From assembly GCA_024704765.1 (NCBI GenBank), contig JAKMXF010000300.1, positions 434,001-498,000 of the forward strand: a stretch of 64,000 nucleotides of DNA, in the 5' to 3' direction. The first letter of the stretch is position 1. Each line of letters begins with the position of its first letter. The DNA is from Oopsacas minuta (Eukaryota > Animalia > Porifera). The notes under the pieces were generated by a model. It was not told where the DNA came from. It was given only the letters and a program-made list of their open reading frames with translations, and did no database searches. Below are positions 12,744 to 24,100 of the stretch, piece after piece. A program made the position numbers and the translations under genes.

Positions 12744-13238
12744 TCAGCGTAGGAATTGAAATAAATTTGTTTGCATCATTATAGTGATGAATTCTTGTAA
12801 GTTTACCAGACCATCTCCGTTTCTATCAGCTATATCCATCATTTCTCTGACCTGTTGCAGACTCAATGAAACACCTAACTCTCTACACTTCCTTACAAGT
12901 GTATCCTGATCAATATCCTCTTTACCCTCAGATAGCCTGTCGAATACATGTTTCAGCTCTGAATATGGGTCGTAAGTGTCACCCTGTTTGACAACCAGAC
13001 ACTGTAAAAAGTCTTCAAAACTGAGCTTCTTATGGTTTAAGTCTAAATCCTTGACAATAGCTAGAGTGGGTTTATGACTTGCTTGGTATCCTAAAAGACA
13101 AAACATTGCCCTGAGCGTGTTGAGATCAATATATTGTTTGCTTGTTAGATCGCAAGCATCAAAGAGCTCACTTAAATCTCTTAATTCTGATTGAGAGAAC
13201 TCTTTCTCAAGTGAATGGCTAATACTCGAAGAGGCCAT
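12744..13238 (-). CDS. Centrin/calmodulin-like EF-hand protein
   Basis: 164-aa single ORF with a four-EF-hand layout. Only the last loop (DRNGDGLVNLQE) is clearly canonical. Confidence 0.85.
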   Translation of the reverse strand: MASSSISHSLEKEFSQSELRDLSELFDACDLTSKQYIDLNTLRAMFCLLGYQASHKPTLAIVKDLDLNHKKLSFEDFLQCLVVKQGDTYDPYSELKHVFDRLSEGKEDIDQDTLVRKCRELGVSLSLQQVREMMDIADRNGDGLVNLQEFITIMMQTNLFQFLR

Positions 13239-13290
13239 TAGCTAATGAAGTAGGCATAAAAATAAGAGAAATGATTATATATAAGTATAA

Positions 13291-13362
13291 TCCCAGGTGG
13301 TCTAGTGGCTAGGATTCGTGGCTTTCACCCACGCGGCCCGGGTTCAATTCCCGGTCTGGGAG
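13291..13362 (+). tRNA. trnE-TTC: tRNA-Glu (anticodon TTC)
   Basis: Acceptor stem TCCCAGG/TCTGGGA, D-arm GGTCTAGTGGCTAGGATT, anticodon stem CGTGG/CCACG with loop CT-TTC-AC, and T-arm CCGGG-TTCAATT-CCCGG. Confidence 0.97.
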
Positions 13363-13369
13363 TAAATTC

Positions 13370-13374
13370 TTTTT
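13370..13374 (+). terminator. RNA polymerase III oligo-T terminator of tRNA-Glu
   Basis: TTTTT run starting 8 nt after the tRNA 3' end. Confidence 0.75.
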
Positions 13375-13617
13375 GTAGTTTTCCAAATTTGTTGTGAAAA
13401 TAGTTTGTAGAAAGAGGGTTCGAACCCCAAATATGGTGTTCATATTTTGCTATCGAAGCATAAGGCGATATTTGAAGGCGGGAGGGTAAGGATCAAATGA
13501 GTCAGTATGTACTCTCCAATAAATACAATATTCCAAAACCAGAGATCACAAATAAGGACTCGCAAACAGAAATTTCCAAATATACAAAATTAAATGAGGG
13601 GGAATACAATACACAAA

Positions 13618-14352
13618 TTAATCTTCCCTGACCTTATTACTGAAGTTTATGATCAAGATAAAGGATAGCAGAGATCCCATCAAATTAAACATTGATACAA
13701 TTAAGCACACTCCAGAGGCGATAACTAGTTGTCTGTGTTCATAGGAAATGAGTGATGAGAGACATCCATCTTCAAATATTTCCACTTCAGAGCTCCGCAC
13801 TAGTCCGCAGTTTCTAATTCCCTCTATCTTACAACAGCTACTGGGTACATACCCAAGGGAGGAGGACAGTTGACTCCAATCTTCAGGTCCATAGATACCG
13901 CAGCAGTTGAACTCTCTATGTATCAGATCCCATGAAGTTCTGGTGTTCGAACAGTTAGTATACTGAGAGAGGGAGGAGGTAGCTCTGCTACGAACTCCTA
14001 AGTCCTCTCCAATTAGCAGACTTATCCCAAATGCACCAGCTGCTAGCAAGATACCAGAAACTATCAGAGTAACAAGGCAGAACGCGGCTAAGAACAGTCT
14101 GCTATGTCTCATTATACCACAAATAGCTAGCAGTCCTAAACACAGCATAGAGAAGCCACTAGCTAACACAAATATAGCTGGTAACAGGAAGAAGAAGCGT
14201 GTAATACCAGAGAATTCATTCTGTTCTAAGAACAAGTAGAGACCAACAGCTACAAGACCCAATCCCATAAACCAGAATAGCATGTTGTATATGAACAGAG
14301 TAGTCTTTAGACAATCGTCTGTACGCTCATAGGGACGACAAAACTTCCTCAT
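13618..14352 (-). CDS. Tetraspanin, intronless
   Basis: Four hydrophobic helices. The large extracellular loop carries CCG (FNCCGIYGPEDW), PSSCC and GC. Confidence 0.93.
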   Translation of the reverse strand: MRKFCRPYERTDDCLKTTLFIYNMLFWFMGLGLVAVGLYLFLEQNEFSGITRFFFLLPAIFVLASGFSMLCLGLLAICGIMRHSRLFLAAFCLVTLIVSGILLAAGAFGISLLIGEDLGVRSRATSSLSQYTNCSNTRTSWDLIHREFNCCGIYGPEDWSQLSSSLGYVPSSCCKIEGIRNCGLVRSSEVEIFEDGCLSSLISYEHRQLVIASGVCLIVSMFNLMGSLLSFILIINFSNKVRED

Positions 14353-14453
14353 TAGTGCTACAAGCTATTCGGTGGAAATATACAATGACAATAGGTATTC
14401 GAGTAATACAAGATGCATAAGCATAAATATATAAATAGCTGCTTCTTTGAATT

Positions 14454-14485
14454 AATATCCAAATATCCAAATATCCAAATATCCA
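14454..14485. repeat. Tandem 8-bp repeat (AATATCCA)x4
   Basis: Four perfect copies between the tetraspanin start and the kelch-gene stop. Confidence 0.9.
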
Positions 14486-14515
14486 AAACAGGTCGGAACT
14501 ATAGACAATTCATTC

Positions 14516-16004
14516 TTATGGTTTGTGTTCTAAATGCGATAGAAGGGGAAAACATTTAAAAGGAGAGAACCTGCTCAATACGGTGAATAGAGCTTGTTTA
14601 GAGTCTCTGGCTATATGTAATTCTCTCAAATTGTCTCTTAACACGGTAGGTAAAGTATCTATAACAGGTTCTAATGCCTTAAAGTTGTTAATAATAGCAA
14701 AACAAGCAAGTCTCTTGAGAGAACTTATTCCCATCTCCAAGACAAGAGTATCTGCTAGCTCTAGAATATCTTGGTCCAAGAGAGAGCCTTGTACACCTCC
14801 GAACAGACACAACTCAAAACAACTGGTCCATATGTTGAGAGTAGCTCCCATACAGAACCAAGTCCTGCAAGGGATCTGGAGTGTATTATCTTGGAACTTT
14901 TGTTGTTTCCATTGCAGATTAGTTAAGTCAAACAGCCATACATCGTTATAAGCCGAATCATCTGGTGCTAGACCTCCAAACATAACTAGATGAGGAGTTT
15001 GAGCTCCACCTATCAGACACAGAAGTTAATGTATTAACAACATACATATTGTAACATTACCTGTTAAATAGATGGGAGATACTGCATGACTTGACCTTGG
15101 TCCTGGCCAGGGTACAGGAGGTGCGAGAGCTACAGGGTTAGAGTAATGCTCCCACACCATGGTGATCAGGTCTAATACATAGACATCGTCTACTCTGTCT
15201 GGAGGATTCCTACCTATAGAAATAATAATAATAATAATATCAGTAACAGTAGTTACTAGTTAGTTGTTACTAATAAACTCACCAGCTACAAGATATGCCT
15301 TATCACCAGCTCGAGTTAATGTAGAGGCTGCTGTAGGAGGAGGAAAATGTCCCTTAAGCTCTTGATTAGTCCACTCAGCTGTTAGTAAATCATACCGGTA
15401 GAATTCATTGTTCCATCCCAATGTCTTGTAAGACTTGTGACACACAAAATTTGCTCCTTTCTGTACCGTATTTTGATATCTAGACCAACCCCCGAATAGA
15501 TAGAGAGCGTCTTTGTAGTAGAAGAGAGCTGTCTTATCTCTACTCCCAGGAATCTGTCCTTTATGCTTTAGACGTGATATCTTTAACGTCTCCAAATCAA
15601 CTTGGTATATAATGTTACAGAATGGATCTGCTCCATACCTATATATACCTCATTATGTCATGTATAATAATATATACAAAATTGTAACTATACCATCCAG
15701 TCATACAGTGTCCTCCAAATGTATACACATATTTGTAATTCTGTGTACAGGAGCCACAGGATAGTGCGTACATGTCTTCTGAATTGTATCCTCCTCCATT
15801 CTCTAACTTTAGATCGTCCCATTTTAGGCTAAGCAAATCTAGACGGAATATACTAAAGGCGTCATCATCACAACCGTACTCGTGATAATCTGATGTCTTC
15901 CAACCCCCGTGCCATACGTAGAGCCCTCCTTCATAAACAGCTGACCAGCTACCTCTCCGGGGGTGTGGCTCTCCAGGAACACCGTCTATTACAACTTTAA
16001 TCAT
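14516..16004 (-). CDS. Kelch-domain protein with C-terminal BC/cullin-box-like helix (KLHDC1/2-like), multi-exon
   Basis: Kelch repeats YVWHGG, VYTFGG, LYLFGG, AYLVAG, MFGG and LCLFGG. The C-terminus SSLKRLACFAII...LPTVLR resembles the KLHDC BC-box. Confidence 0.8.
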
Positions 16005-16187
16005 ATTGCTATTTACAGAATTAGTTATGATGTAAATCCAATAAATATATCAAATAGGCGTAGATAGACACAAATAGCAGAGAAGTAGCTTAGAAAACAA
16101 ACACGGTTGAATCAATATTATAATATCTACAACACACTTAATGTTACAACTAAGTTAAAAATCAGTTTTTGTGCGTGAGGAAGACAG

Positions 16188-19100
16188 TTAAATGCTAAGT
16201 CCATGTGATTCCTTGCTGAGACGTGGTAACATGGATCCTACTTCATTCAGCCAGAAGTTAGCACAAGTATTGTGATAGTTATACCCACCAAATCCTATCC
16301 TTATATCCCCCTTAATGATTACATCCAGACACACCCCACAATTATACGGAGATTCCTCTGATTCAGACTGTACTATTACGTCACTGAATTCTAACTCCCC
16401 ATGATTCAGATATGCCTTAATGTTAGCCCAGTCTCCCGTTATCTCCTCATATAGGGAGTTAGAATCCTCCCAATTAGGAGGGAGTTGTTTTTTGATTCTT
16501 GATACAATCTTCATAACTTCAAACACAGATTGGAAGTATTGATTACTGATATCATGAGAACATAATTCCTTCAGGACTTGTACTGAACTAGCACTCTTTA
16601 TCTTGACGTAACATAAATTTATAACTCTAGCAGATGCTGTGAGGGTATTATACCAAGCTTCTCTGATCTCTTTACTAGAGTCCTCACTCAGTTTGTAGCT
16701 AGGAGTACGAGTCACAGGCTTTGTATGTGTCGCTCCAATGAACTCACTGAACTCCAGATCTCTGCTATCTGAGGGGAGAGGAGATCTCCGTTTAGAGAAA
16801 GATTCCTCTTTCTGGTTCTGTGTGTTTTGTCCCTGTATCGTTTGGAACTTCTGATTCTTATAATTGTCAATTGGAACTGAGTTCAGATCCTGTAGCGCAG
16901 TAGCTAGTGTATCGAATAGGGTCCATTTTGGCTGTTGTGGTAGTTTCGAGGGTTGTCCTTTCATCAGCTGGTCTGTATTGAGAGAGGAGAGGAGAGAGAG
17001 GTCTTGGAAGGGGTCAAAATCACACTTTAAGTTCTGCTCACTGTCCTCAGGTAGTTCTCCAGGTACAGAATCAGTATTAAGGGTATCGCTAGCGTTTTGA
17101 AAGGAAGAGAACTGAGAAAATTCCTGATTTTGATTTTGAGAGTTAAAGTTAGAAGATAGAGCAAAATCATTTTCCCCTTTCGACTGAGAATAATTTAAGG
17201 TTAATTCCTCAGCTTTTTGATACTGAGAGAAGATATGGAAGCTATTATCCTGCTCACTCACTCTGTTACCCTGTAACGTAAGAGTGACGTCAGCTAGAGG
17301 GGTCTTCTCACCCATGTCTGAATCCAAAACATCTGGAGGGTCAGTGAGAGGAGCAGGCAGGAGAGAGGACTGAGTAGCTAAAGGTGTGCTGAATATGCCG
17401 GTCTCGTCACTACTGATATCATTAACTTGTTCTTGGATAGCAGAATGTAATGTTGATGAAATGCTCTGAGGATTTGGTTCTGATAATTTTGTATCCAATT
17501 TATGTTCTTGTTTAGCAGGTTTATGTTCTGACAGCTCATAGCTGTCATTTGTCAGATACGAATTAAATCCTGAAAAGTTGAAGTCTTCATTAGAATCATC
17601 ATTCGGTATATCATCATCTAGAGGAGGAGGTTCATTGTAGTTTGACTCTTCATAGCTAGTTCTATTTATAGCAGCAATTTTTGAAACAGCTGATACTCCT
17701 GTATCTTTTTCTGAGTTAGGAATAGTATCTGTTTCAGGAGGACAGCTGATTACAGAATTATGTGTTGTGATTGTGTCTACAAAACTCTTGTTATTCATAT
17801 CAGGTATTGGTTCAGATGGGTTGGTGTTTGTGGGAGGGTCAGCAGATTGGAATATAGAATAATCTGTAGAGAGTAACTCTGTTGTATCAGGCATAAGATC
17901 TCTAGTACTAGAGCTATTAGATATTGGTAGAGGAGGTATAGAGTCTTGCTGCATTTGTGAGAATACAGAATATTTGTCAGTCTCAGGAGCTGTCACATTG
18001 TTAGGTGTTGTAAATGCACTCCAATTTGTGGTTTGTGTATCTGTTACAGGAATAGATTGCTCGTTAGAAGGAATAATAGAATCGTTATTGGTAATAGTCG
18101 ATTGAATTTGAGAATATACAGAATACTTGTCAGTCTCAGCCTCAGGAGCTGTCACATTATTACTTTGTATAGTAGGAGTTGTAGAGGCATTCAATTCTGT
18201 CTCTGTTGTTTTTGTATCTATCACAGGAATAGATTGCTCTTTAGAAGTTATAACAGAATCATTCTGAGTATTTGATTGAATTTGAGAGAATACAGAATAC
18301 TTGTCAGTCTCAGGAGCTGTCACATTATTGCTCTGTATATTATGTGTTGTAAATTCACTCCAATCTGTTGTTACATTGGGCGTGTCTACGCCAGGGATAT
18401 TAGACTGAGTATCAGCTGATTTAAACACTGAGAAATCTGAGAAATCAGTGAATTCAGTACCTACAACATTACTATCTAGTATTAGCGTAGCTGTATTAAC
18501 TACAGGGGTTTGATCACTAGTCAGAACAGGTACTGGATCTGATAGCGTGTTGTTAGTAACAGCTGGTTGTGTGACAGGGATATCAGCTGATCTGAAGGCT
18601 AATGTTCCTTTATTATCAGCTGGTTGTGAGGGCTGAAGATTAGGTATAGGAGGAAGGGCATCTGTCTGCTCATTGGTTACATCTAGAGCTCTAAGGAATG
18701 CGTATTTATCTTTACTAGCTTCATCAGTTAGTGTAGTGTTCTTATCTGTATCAATAGAAGAGAAGGCGCTTACGTCACTAACGTCTTTGAAACAGCTGTA
18801 TTTATCAGAGCTATCTGTGTTAGTTAATTCTGAGGTATCTATTTGAAGTGATGCACTCTGTAGTTCTCCGAATTCTTGAGTTTTCTCCTTGACAACAGGG
18901 GCTGTTGGAACAGCTGATTGAAATTTTCCAAACTCTAATGAAGCTACTACTTTGTCTCCTAAGGGCGTGATAGTATTCGCACTCTTAAAAGCTCCAAAAG
19001 ATTCAGTAGCAGAAACAGAATTATTGTTAGTAGATGCAAGAGTAGAAGTAATAGGTACTGAGGGTTGAGGATTAGGTTGCTGATAGAGAACAGAAGTATC

Positions 19101-19658
19101 AATTCTTGGAATAGGAATGAAAGATAGATTGACTAACTTATCTATACTAATCTCATGGCTCTGTTGTACTAATGCTACTAGTCCTAGTACAGTGTAGCAC
19201 TCAGTGAGTGTGATAAATCCAGGAGCTGTCCTGGAACAAATATCCCAGATAGATTTAAGTTGCATTTTATCCAGACCGCTAGAAATAAGCAGAGGCTGTA
19301 TCTTGTCGGTAAGCAGATAGTAAGCTTGTCTAGGGTCAGCACATAGGGTGGTAACTTGTTGATAGAGAGGAGGGATAGATCCTTTACCTTGTAGCCAGGC
19401 AGGGAGAGGGAGATATACTCCTTGTTGAGGTTGTGGGTATCTGTAGTGAGCAGTTTGATTGACATTAACAGGAGGGCCATTAGTCAGCTGATTAACTGGT
19501 CTAACAGTGCTGATAGGTTTTGTGAGATTTAGATTAGTAATAGAGCTCTGTAACATCTCAGTTAGGTCTGTCTGTTTGCTGTCAACTGTCCATCTGTTAG
19601 TTTGCAGTGGAGGAGTTGATCTGTTTCCTACCCACTGTGTTTGGTTGTTAGGGATCAT
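16188..19658 (-). CDS. SYNRG: Synergin gamma (AP-1 gamma-ear binding), single long ORF
   Basis: EH-like domain (LLISSGLDK.QLKSIWDICSRT.PG..T.TECYTVLGLVAL.QQ), many FxxF/WxxF and DKYS.F motifs, and a C-terminal CGVCL...YHNTCANFWLN. Confidence 0.85.
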   Translation of the reverse strand: MIPNNQTQWVGNRSTPPLQTNRWTVDSKQTDLTEMLQSSITNLNLTKPISTVRPVNQLTNGPPVNVNQTAHYRYPQPQQGVYLPLPAWLQGKGSIPPLYQQVTTLCADPRQAYYLLTDKIQPLLISSGLDKMQLKSIWDICSRTAPGFITLTECYTVLGLVALVQQSHEISIDKLVNLSFIPIPRIDTSVLYQQPNPQPSVPITSTLASTNNNSVSATESFGAFKSANTITPLGDKVVASLEFGKFQSAVPTAPVVKEKTQEFGELQSASLQIDTSELTNTDSSDKYSCFKDVSDVSAFSSIDTDKNTTLTDEASKDKYAFLRALDVTNEQTDALPPIPNLQPSQPADNKGTLAFRSADIPVTQPAVTNNTLSDPVPVLTSDQTPVVNTATLILDSNVVGTEFTDFSDFSVFKSADTQSNIPGVDTPNVTTDWSEFTTHNIQSNNVTAPETDKYSVFSQIQSNTQNDSVITSKEQSIPVIDTKTTETELNASTTPTIQSNNVTAPEAETDKYSVYSQIQSTITNNDSIIPSNEQSIPVTDTQTTNWSAFTTPNNVTAPETDKYSVFSQMQQDSIPPLPISNSSSTRDLMPDTTELLSTDYSIFQSADPPTNTNPSEPIPDMNNKSFVDTITTHNSVISCPPETDTIPNSEKDTGVSAVSKIAAINRTSYEESNYNEPPPLDDDIPNDDSNEDFNFSGFNSYLTNDSYELSEHKPAKQEHKLDTKLSEPNPQSISSTLHSAIQEQVNDISSDETGIFSTPLATQSSLLPAPLTDPPDVLDSDMGEKTPLADVTLTLQGNRVSEQDNSFHIFSQYQKAEELTLNYSQSKGENDFALSSNFNSQNQNQEFSQFSSFQNASDTLNTDSVPGELPEDSEQNLKCDFDPFQDLSLLSSLNTDQLMKGQPSKLPQQPKWTLFDTLATALQDLNSVPIDNYKNQKFQTIQGQNTQNQKEESFSKRRSPLPSDSRDLEFSEFIGATHTKPVTRTPSYKLSEDSSKEIREAWYNTLTASARVINLCYVKIKSASSVQVLKELCSHDISNQYFQSVFEVMKIVSRIKKQLPPNWEDSNSLYEEITGDWANIKAYLNHGELEFSDVIVQSESEESPYNCGVCLDVIIKGDIRIGFGGYNYHNTCANFWLNEVGSMLPRLSKESHGLSI
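17955..18365 (-). repeat. Internal coding tandem repeat in SYNRG (about 3 copies)
   Basis: GAGAATACAGAATA(T/C)TTGTCAGTCTCAGGAGCTGTCACATT-like unit near 17959, 18112 and 18286. It encodes NNVTAP(EA)ETDKYSV(F/Y)SQ. Confidence 0.85.
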
Positions 19659-19781
19659 TTATAGCAGCTAAGTGAGCTAACATTCAGCAAAATATACAAA
19701 TCAAATGCACATTAGTAAAACTACAAAGAACTCATAAAAGCTCAGTGAATAACTAATATATTCAAAGATAATTAAGTTATA

Positions 19782-20837
19782 TTATTGATCGTACTTCTTA
19801 AATTCCATACTATCAGGTGGTTTCATCTCTACCTTATCTTTAGCAACTTCATCCCAATTAGTACTGAGTACTGTACCTCCAGATTCCTGGAAACTCTTCA
19901 TCATAGCTTTCTTCTGTTCATCAGAGCCCTTTCCGTATATCTGCTGGAAGAATTTGTTTAGAGCTTCGTCTCCCTCCGGCTTCTCTTCTGCTTCTTCCTT
20001 GGCTACATCAGCTGCTAGCTTGTCCCAGTCTTTAAATGTTTTAGAAGAGGTAGGGAACTTCTGGGGATCCTGCTGGCGGATAAAGGGATCATCAGGACAA
20101 AAGCTCTGGATGTTGGAAGTCGTATCAGAACTTTTGTCTCTCTCAAGTTTCCCCCAGGGACCAGGAGTAGCCTTCTTAAGACGGACCTCTATTTTAGTTG
20201 GGAGTATCGTGACTCGAGATTCTGTGAATAGTATTTTACCGAATAACTCCATGTTAAGAACAAAACTCTGATTATCTGGTAACTTAATGTCTACGAGGAG
20301 ATGTCTCTCTTTGAATTGATAGGTCAAATCCTCCTTATCTACTTTCTTGATTAAGATAGAGATTACTATAATAGCATCATTCTGGTACCATTCGTGACGA
20401 AATGACTTCTTCTGAGTGACGTCAGCAACGGGAGCAGTTTCTCCAGATAATCCTAGCTTAGCATTACATTTGTTAATCAGCTGATAGAGACTAGGCTCAC
20501 TACGTTGTGTAAATGCTGTCTTAACAGTCTGTTTACAACTCTCATATTCTTCCAAAGAGTACAAACATTCAGCTTTCATTACTAGGCAATCGAATCTGAG
20601 AGTGACAGAGATTTTAGACTTCTCAAGCTCAAGGATGGCTCTAAGATCGGTTAAACTCTCTGTATGATCTTCTGTTTCATAGTTTCCCTTAGCTCTATAG
20701 AAGCGATATTTAGGGTCTGCCATATCTTCTCCAATAGCTAGCAGAGCTTCGTTACATTTGTCTATCACTTGTTCCCATTTCTTCTGTTCTACTAATCTCT
20801 TAACTGTGTCAATTGAATAATCAGAGCAGTCTGCCAT
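19782..20837 (-). CDS. SUGT1: SGT1 co-chaperone (TPR-CS-SGS)
   Basis: TPR N-terminus, CS domain (RHEWYQND..I.I.IL.K, KIEVRLKKA) and SGS domain (DWDKL, GDEALNKFFQQIY, KAMMKSFQESGGTVLSTNWDEV). Confidence 0.97.
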   Translation of the reverse strand: MADCSDYSIDTVKRLVEQKKWEQVIDKCNEALLAIGEDMADPKYRFYRAKGNYETEDHTESLTDLRAILELEKSKISVTLRFDCLVMKAECLYSLEEYESCKQTVKTAFTQRSEPSLYQLINKCNAKLGLSGETAPVADVTQKKSFRHEWYQNDAIIVISILIKKVDKEDLTYQFKERHLLVDIKLPDNQSFVLNMELFGKILFTESRVTILPTKIEVRLKKATPGPWGKLERDKSSDTTSNIQSFCPDDPFIRQQDPQKFPTSSKTFKDWDKLAADVAKEEAEEKPEGDEALNKFFQQIYGKGSDEQKKAMMKSFQESGGTVLSTNWDEVAKDKVEMKPPDSMEFKKYDQ

Positions 20838-20932
20838 AGCAGAGATATTAGCTAATCACCCGAGTATAATGATTCATATAGTATCACTATATATGTGACA
20901 ATAACATGTGACACTTACGGTAAAAGGTCCAG

Positions 20933-20940
20933 TGACGTAA
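20933..20940. promoter_or_regulatory. CRE/ATF-like site (TGACGTAA) in the divergent SUGT1/p101 promoter
   Basis: The motif sits in the 315-bp head-to-head gap. Function is inferred from consensus only. Confidence 0.35.
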
Positions 20941-21152
20941 TTTCTAGTGTTCAGATGGACAATTGACAAGAATCCCCAAGTAGATCAACAGTTAATAAAC
21001 ATAAAAGATTCACTATCTACAAGCAAGAATCCACACAGTTACAACTAGTGCATTACTCAGAACGAGGAGGTTAATGGCAGGCTTCGATATAAAACACAAA
21101 AATTACTAGAGAATCCAGTATGTTTATGTGAATCAGGTTCCAGCTGCAGGGA

Positions 21153-24100
21153 ATGGAGTGTGATATTTCGTACTTTTGTGGATTGCTTGAAGCGTATTTT
21201 GATCTTACAAATGTAAAACAAGAAAACTACAAAGAGATCAGTAAGTTCTGGGATTACTTTACGGATAGAAATAGAATTGTGAGTTTTATCTTAACTCTAA
21301 TTTCCAAATTAATTGCATTGGACAGTGGGAACGCATTCAGGCCGCTAGAATTGGTATACAAAGATCTCATATTCAAATGTGATAGAAAAGAGGATTTTAT
21401 GCAATGGGAACAGGTGGGAGGGAAGCTACCAATCTTTTATCAAGAGAAGGCAAGAGCTATACAACACGCTATTATAAATAATCTATATTTCATTCAGTCT
21501 TTCTACGACTGCACGAATTCAGGGCATCTACAAAAGATGTATCAGAGATGGAAGGTAGCTAGAATAGGGACAGGGAGAGCTAATAACTTTGAAGTTGGTA
21601 TCATGTCATCATTCGGGATGTTAGAAGTAAATCCAAGACAATCTCCTTTGAGAAAGGTGCTTGGGAAGGATGCGAAATTCGCGAGAGGGCTAGACGAGAT
21701 AATAATAGATTTGATTGATATTTGTCTATCTTCCGTGGGTAGAGGGAGTCTAGGACAACAACCAAGTATACAATGTCCACTCCTTGCATTAGAAAAGGTA
21801 AGTACATAGCAGATTCTACAATTTTATACTAATACGTTATTCTCTAGGTATCAGAGAGTTTGATATATCAGAAATTAATGTTCAAGCTACAACAAGCTCC
21901 TCTCCTAATGACAGTAGCTATAAGGAGTGTTCTCAGTAATCTCATTAACCTGAGACACAAGGAATCTACTGCTGCTATAAAACTATCAGATGGAATAGAA
22001 GAAGAGTCTCTTATCCCTCTTCTTAATCTATACACAGAGCTGGTAACAAGAGCCCCTGTTATTAACAAGGAAGTACTGCATGATGCTTATGAGATAATCA
22101 AACCGTTCTATTTATGGCCGTATCCACATTGTGAGATTGCTAGACTTGCCCTAGACTTCACACAGGCAGAGATCATAGCACCAGGTATTCACTACACCAG
22201 GAGAATAATAGCTGAGCATTCTCTATTAGAAATGTCTACAGCAATAAAACCTCATAGACACTATGTACTGGTGGATGGATTAGCTCCTAATGCACCAGCA
22301 TTTATACAGGCATTCACAGGGAGAGATGAAGCAGACAAGCTAGAGATGAAGAAGCATTTATTAAAGCATGTATATGTGTGTGGACACGGAGGGAACTTTG
22401 ACCTTGTGAATTTCGGAAGATGTCTAGATCATCTAGATGTATATGCAGGCCATTACTTTGAAGAGGTTATACAAGCAATAGAAGGAGCATTCAGTGAGGA
22501 GAGTGGAGAGCTGAAAGCAGAGCTACCTCAGAAACTGGAAGAGATCTATGAGAAGATTATGCAACATGGAAAGGATAAGGGAATAGAGAGAAGATTGTTC
22601 TCTGATAATGAATCAAAGATTAAGCTAGATACTTTTATACACACAATACCACCATATCCTAAAGTGAGGATACACGAGCTGAATAGCATGACAATACCAA
22701 AGTCTATAGAAGCAATACTTAGAGATATTCTAACGAGAGAGCATCTGCTTACTACATCTACTAATGTAGATTATTCTGAGTCTTACCAAGAAATAGAGAA
22801 GTCTATTGATATAGTAGAAGTATCCAATATGACTCAAGGAAGGTATGTGATGTTATGTTGTATGTAGACGATAGTTATATCACAATTTGTAGGTTCACTG
22901 TTATGAGAAATAACTTCAGAGAGAGTGCATTCAATGCTAGCATGGATGCAATGAGTAACTCAGTGAATGCAGCTCGTAGAAGTAGTAGACAGCTGTATAG
23001 AGATACATCAGGGAAGAGAGAGTCTAATCAAGAGACTGGTGGGTGTTACCAGAGGATTACTAATGACTTTCCTACAGGACATGGACGTGTTGTAGAGAAT
23101 CAGAATTACGAAGAACAGATTAGAAGCAAATCCCTCAATTCCTTCTCTAGACCCTCTAAGACATCTCTACCTACTCGATCCAGTAGATCAGAGGATTATG
23201 TAGATAACAAAGCAGTGCTGGAGAGAGCTGAGAAGATAGTTAAGATTATAGTTATAGGAACAGACAAGACAATAGGACAAGTAACTAAGGCTTTTATAAA
23301 ACTCAAACATGAGAGTCCTAGCATATTCAGCAGGTAAGCAGAGCAGGGGATATTTGTATTGATATATAACTTTATGTATTAATAGGCAATACCCACAGAT
23401 ATTCTATGTACCAGCTTCCAGCGTAGTAGGAATGCAGCTACCGTTTGAAAAGGATATTCCGGTACCTGAGCTGATCACACAGAAACATGACTTAGATCCA
23501 AAGATATACAGAGAGTGTGATAGCTCTAGAGGAGGAGATATATGGTTCGGACGGTTCATCTCTCATCTAGACGGATGGTATAAACGTAATCTCCTTCTGT
23601 CTATACAAGCTGCTATACATCTGTTCCCACAGGTCAGATACATACCGGAAGAGAGAGCTCCACAGCTGCTCAGCTTCAGATTCACTAATCCAGACAGTTC
23701 ATTCTACAATGAAGATCAGTCAATGCAAGCTAGATACAGCCCATCAAAGTTAATCAGAGATATTCTATTCTCATTCGTAAGAGAAGCAAGATGTGTATTC
23801 AACCTAAGAGTATATCATGTAGAGATGCTAGATACTTGTGGAGAAGCAAAGTACACGATATTCTCACAACGAGTAGAGCTATTCCACAGACAGCAATCTT
23901 CAGTACTGGGGGCAGTAAAGCAGAGAAGTGATCATAAAAATGTAGCTAAACCCCCCTGTGTGTCAGTAAGGATATGGGAAGTAGCATTCGATGGTACTCC
24001 ACTAAACTCAGTATGGTATCCGCTACAGAGATACTTTGCTATAAGAGCCCTGAATATACCAAGACCTGGAGATGGTTATATTCCTAATCCTGAGAGAGCA

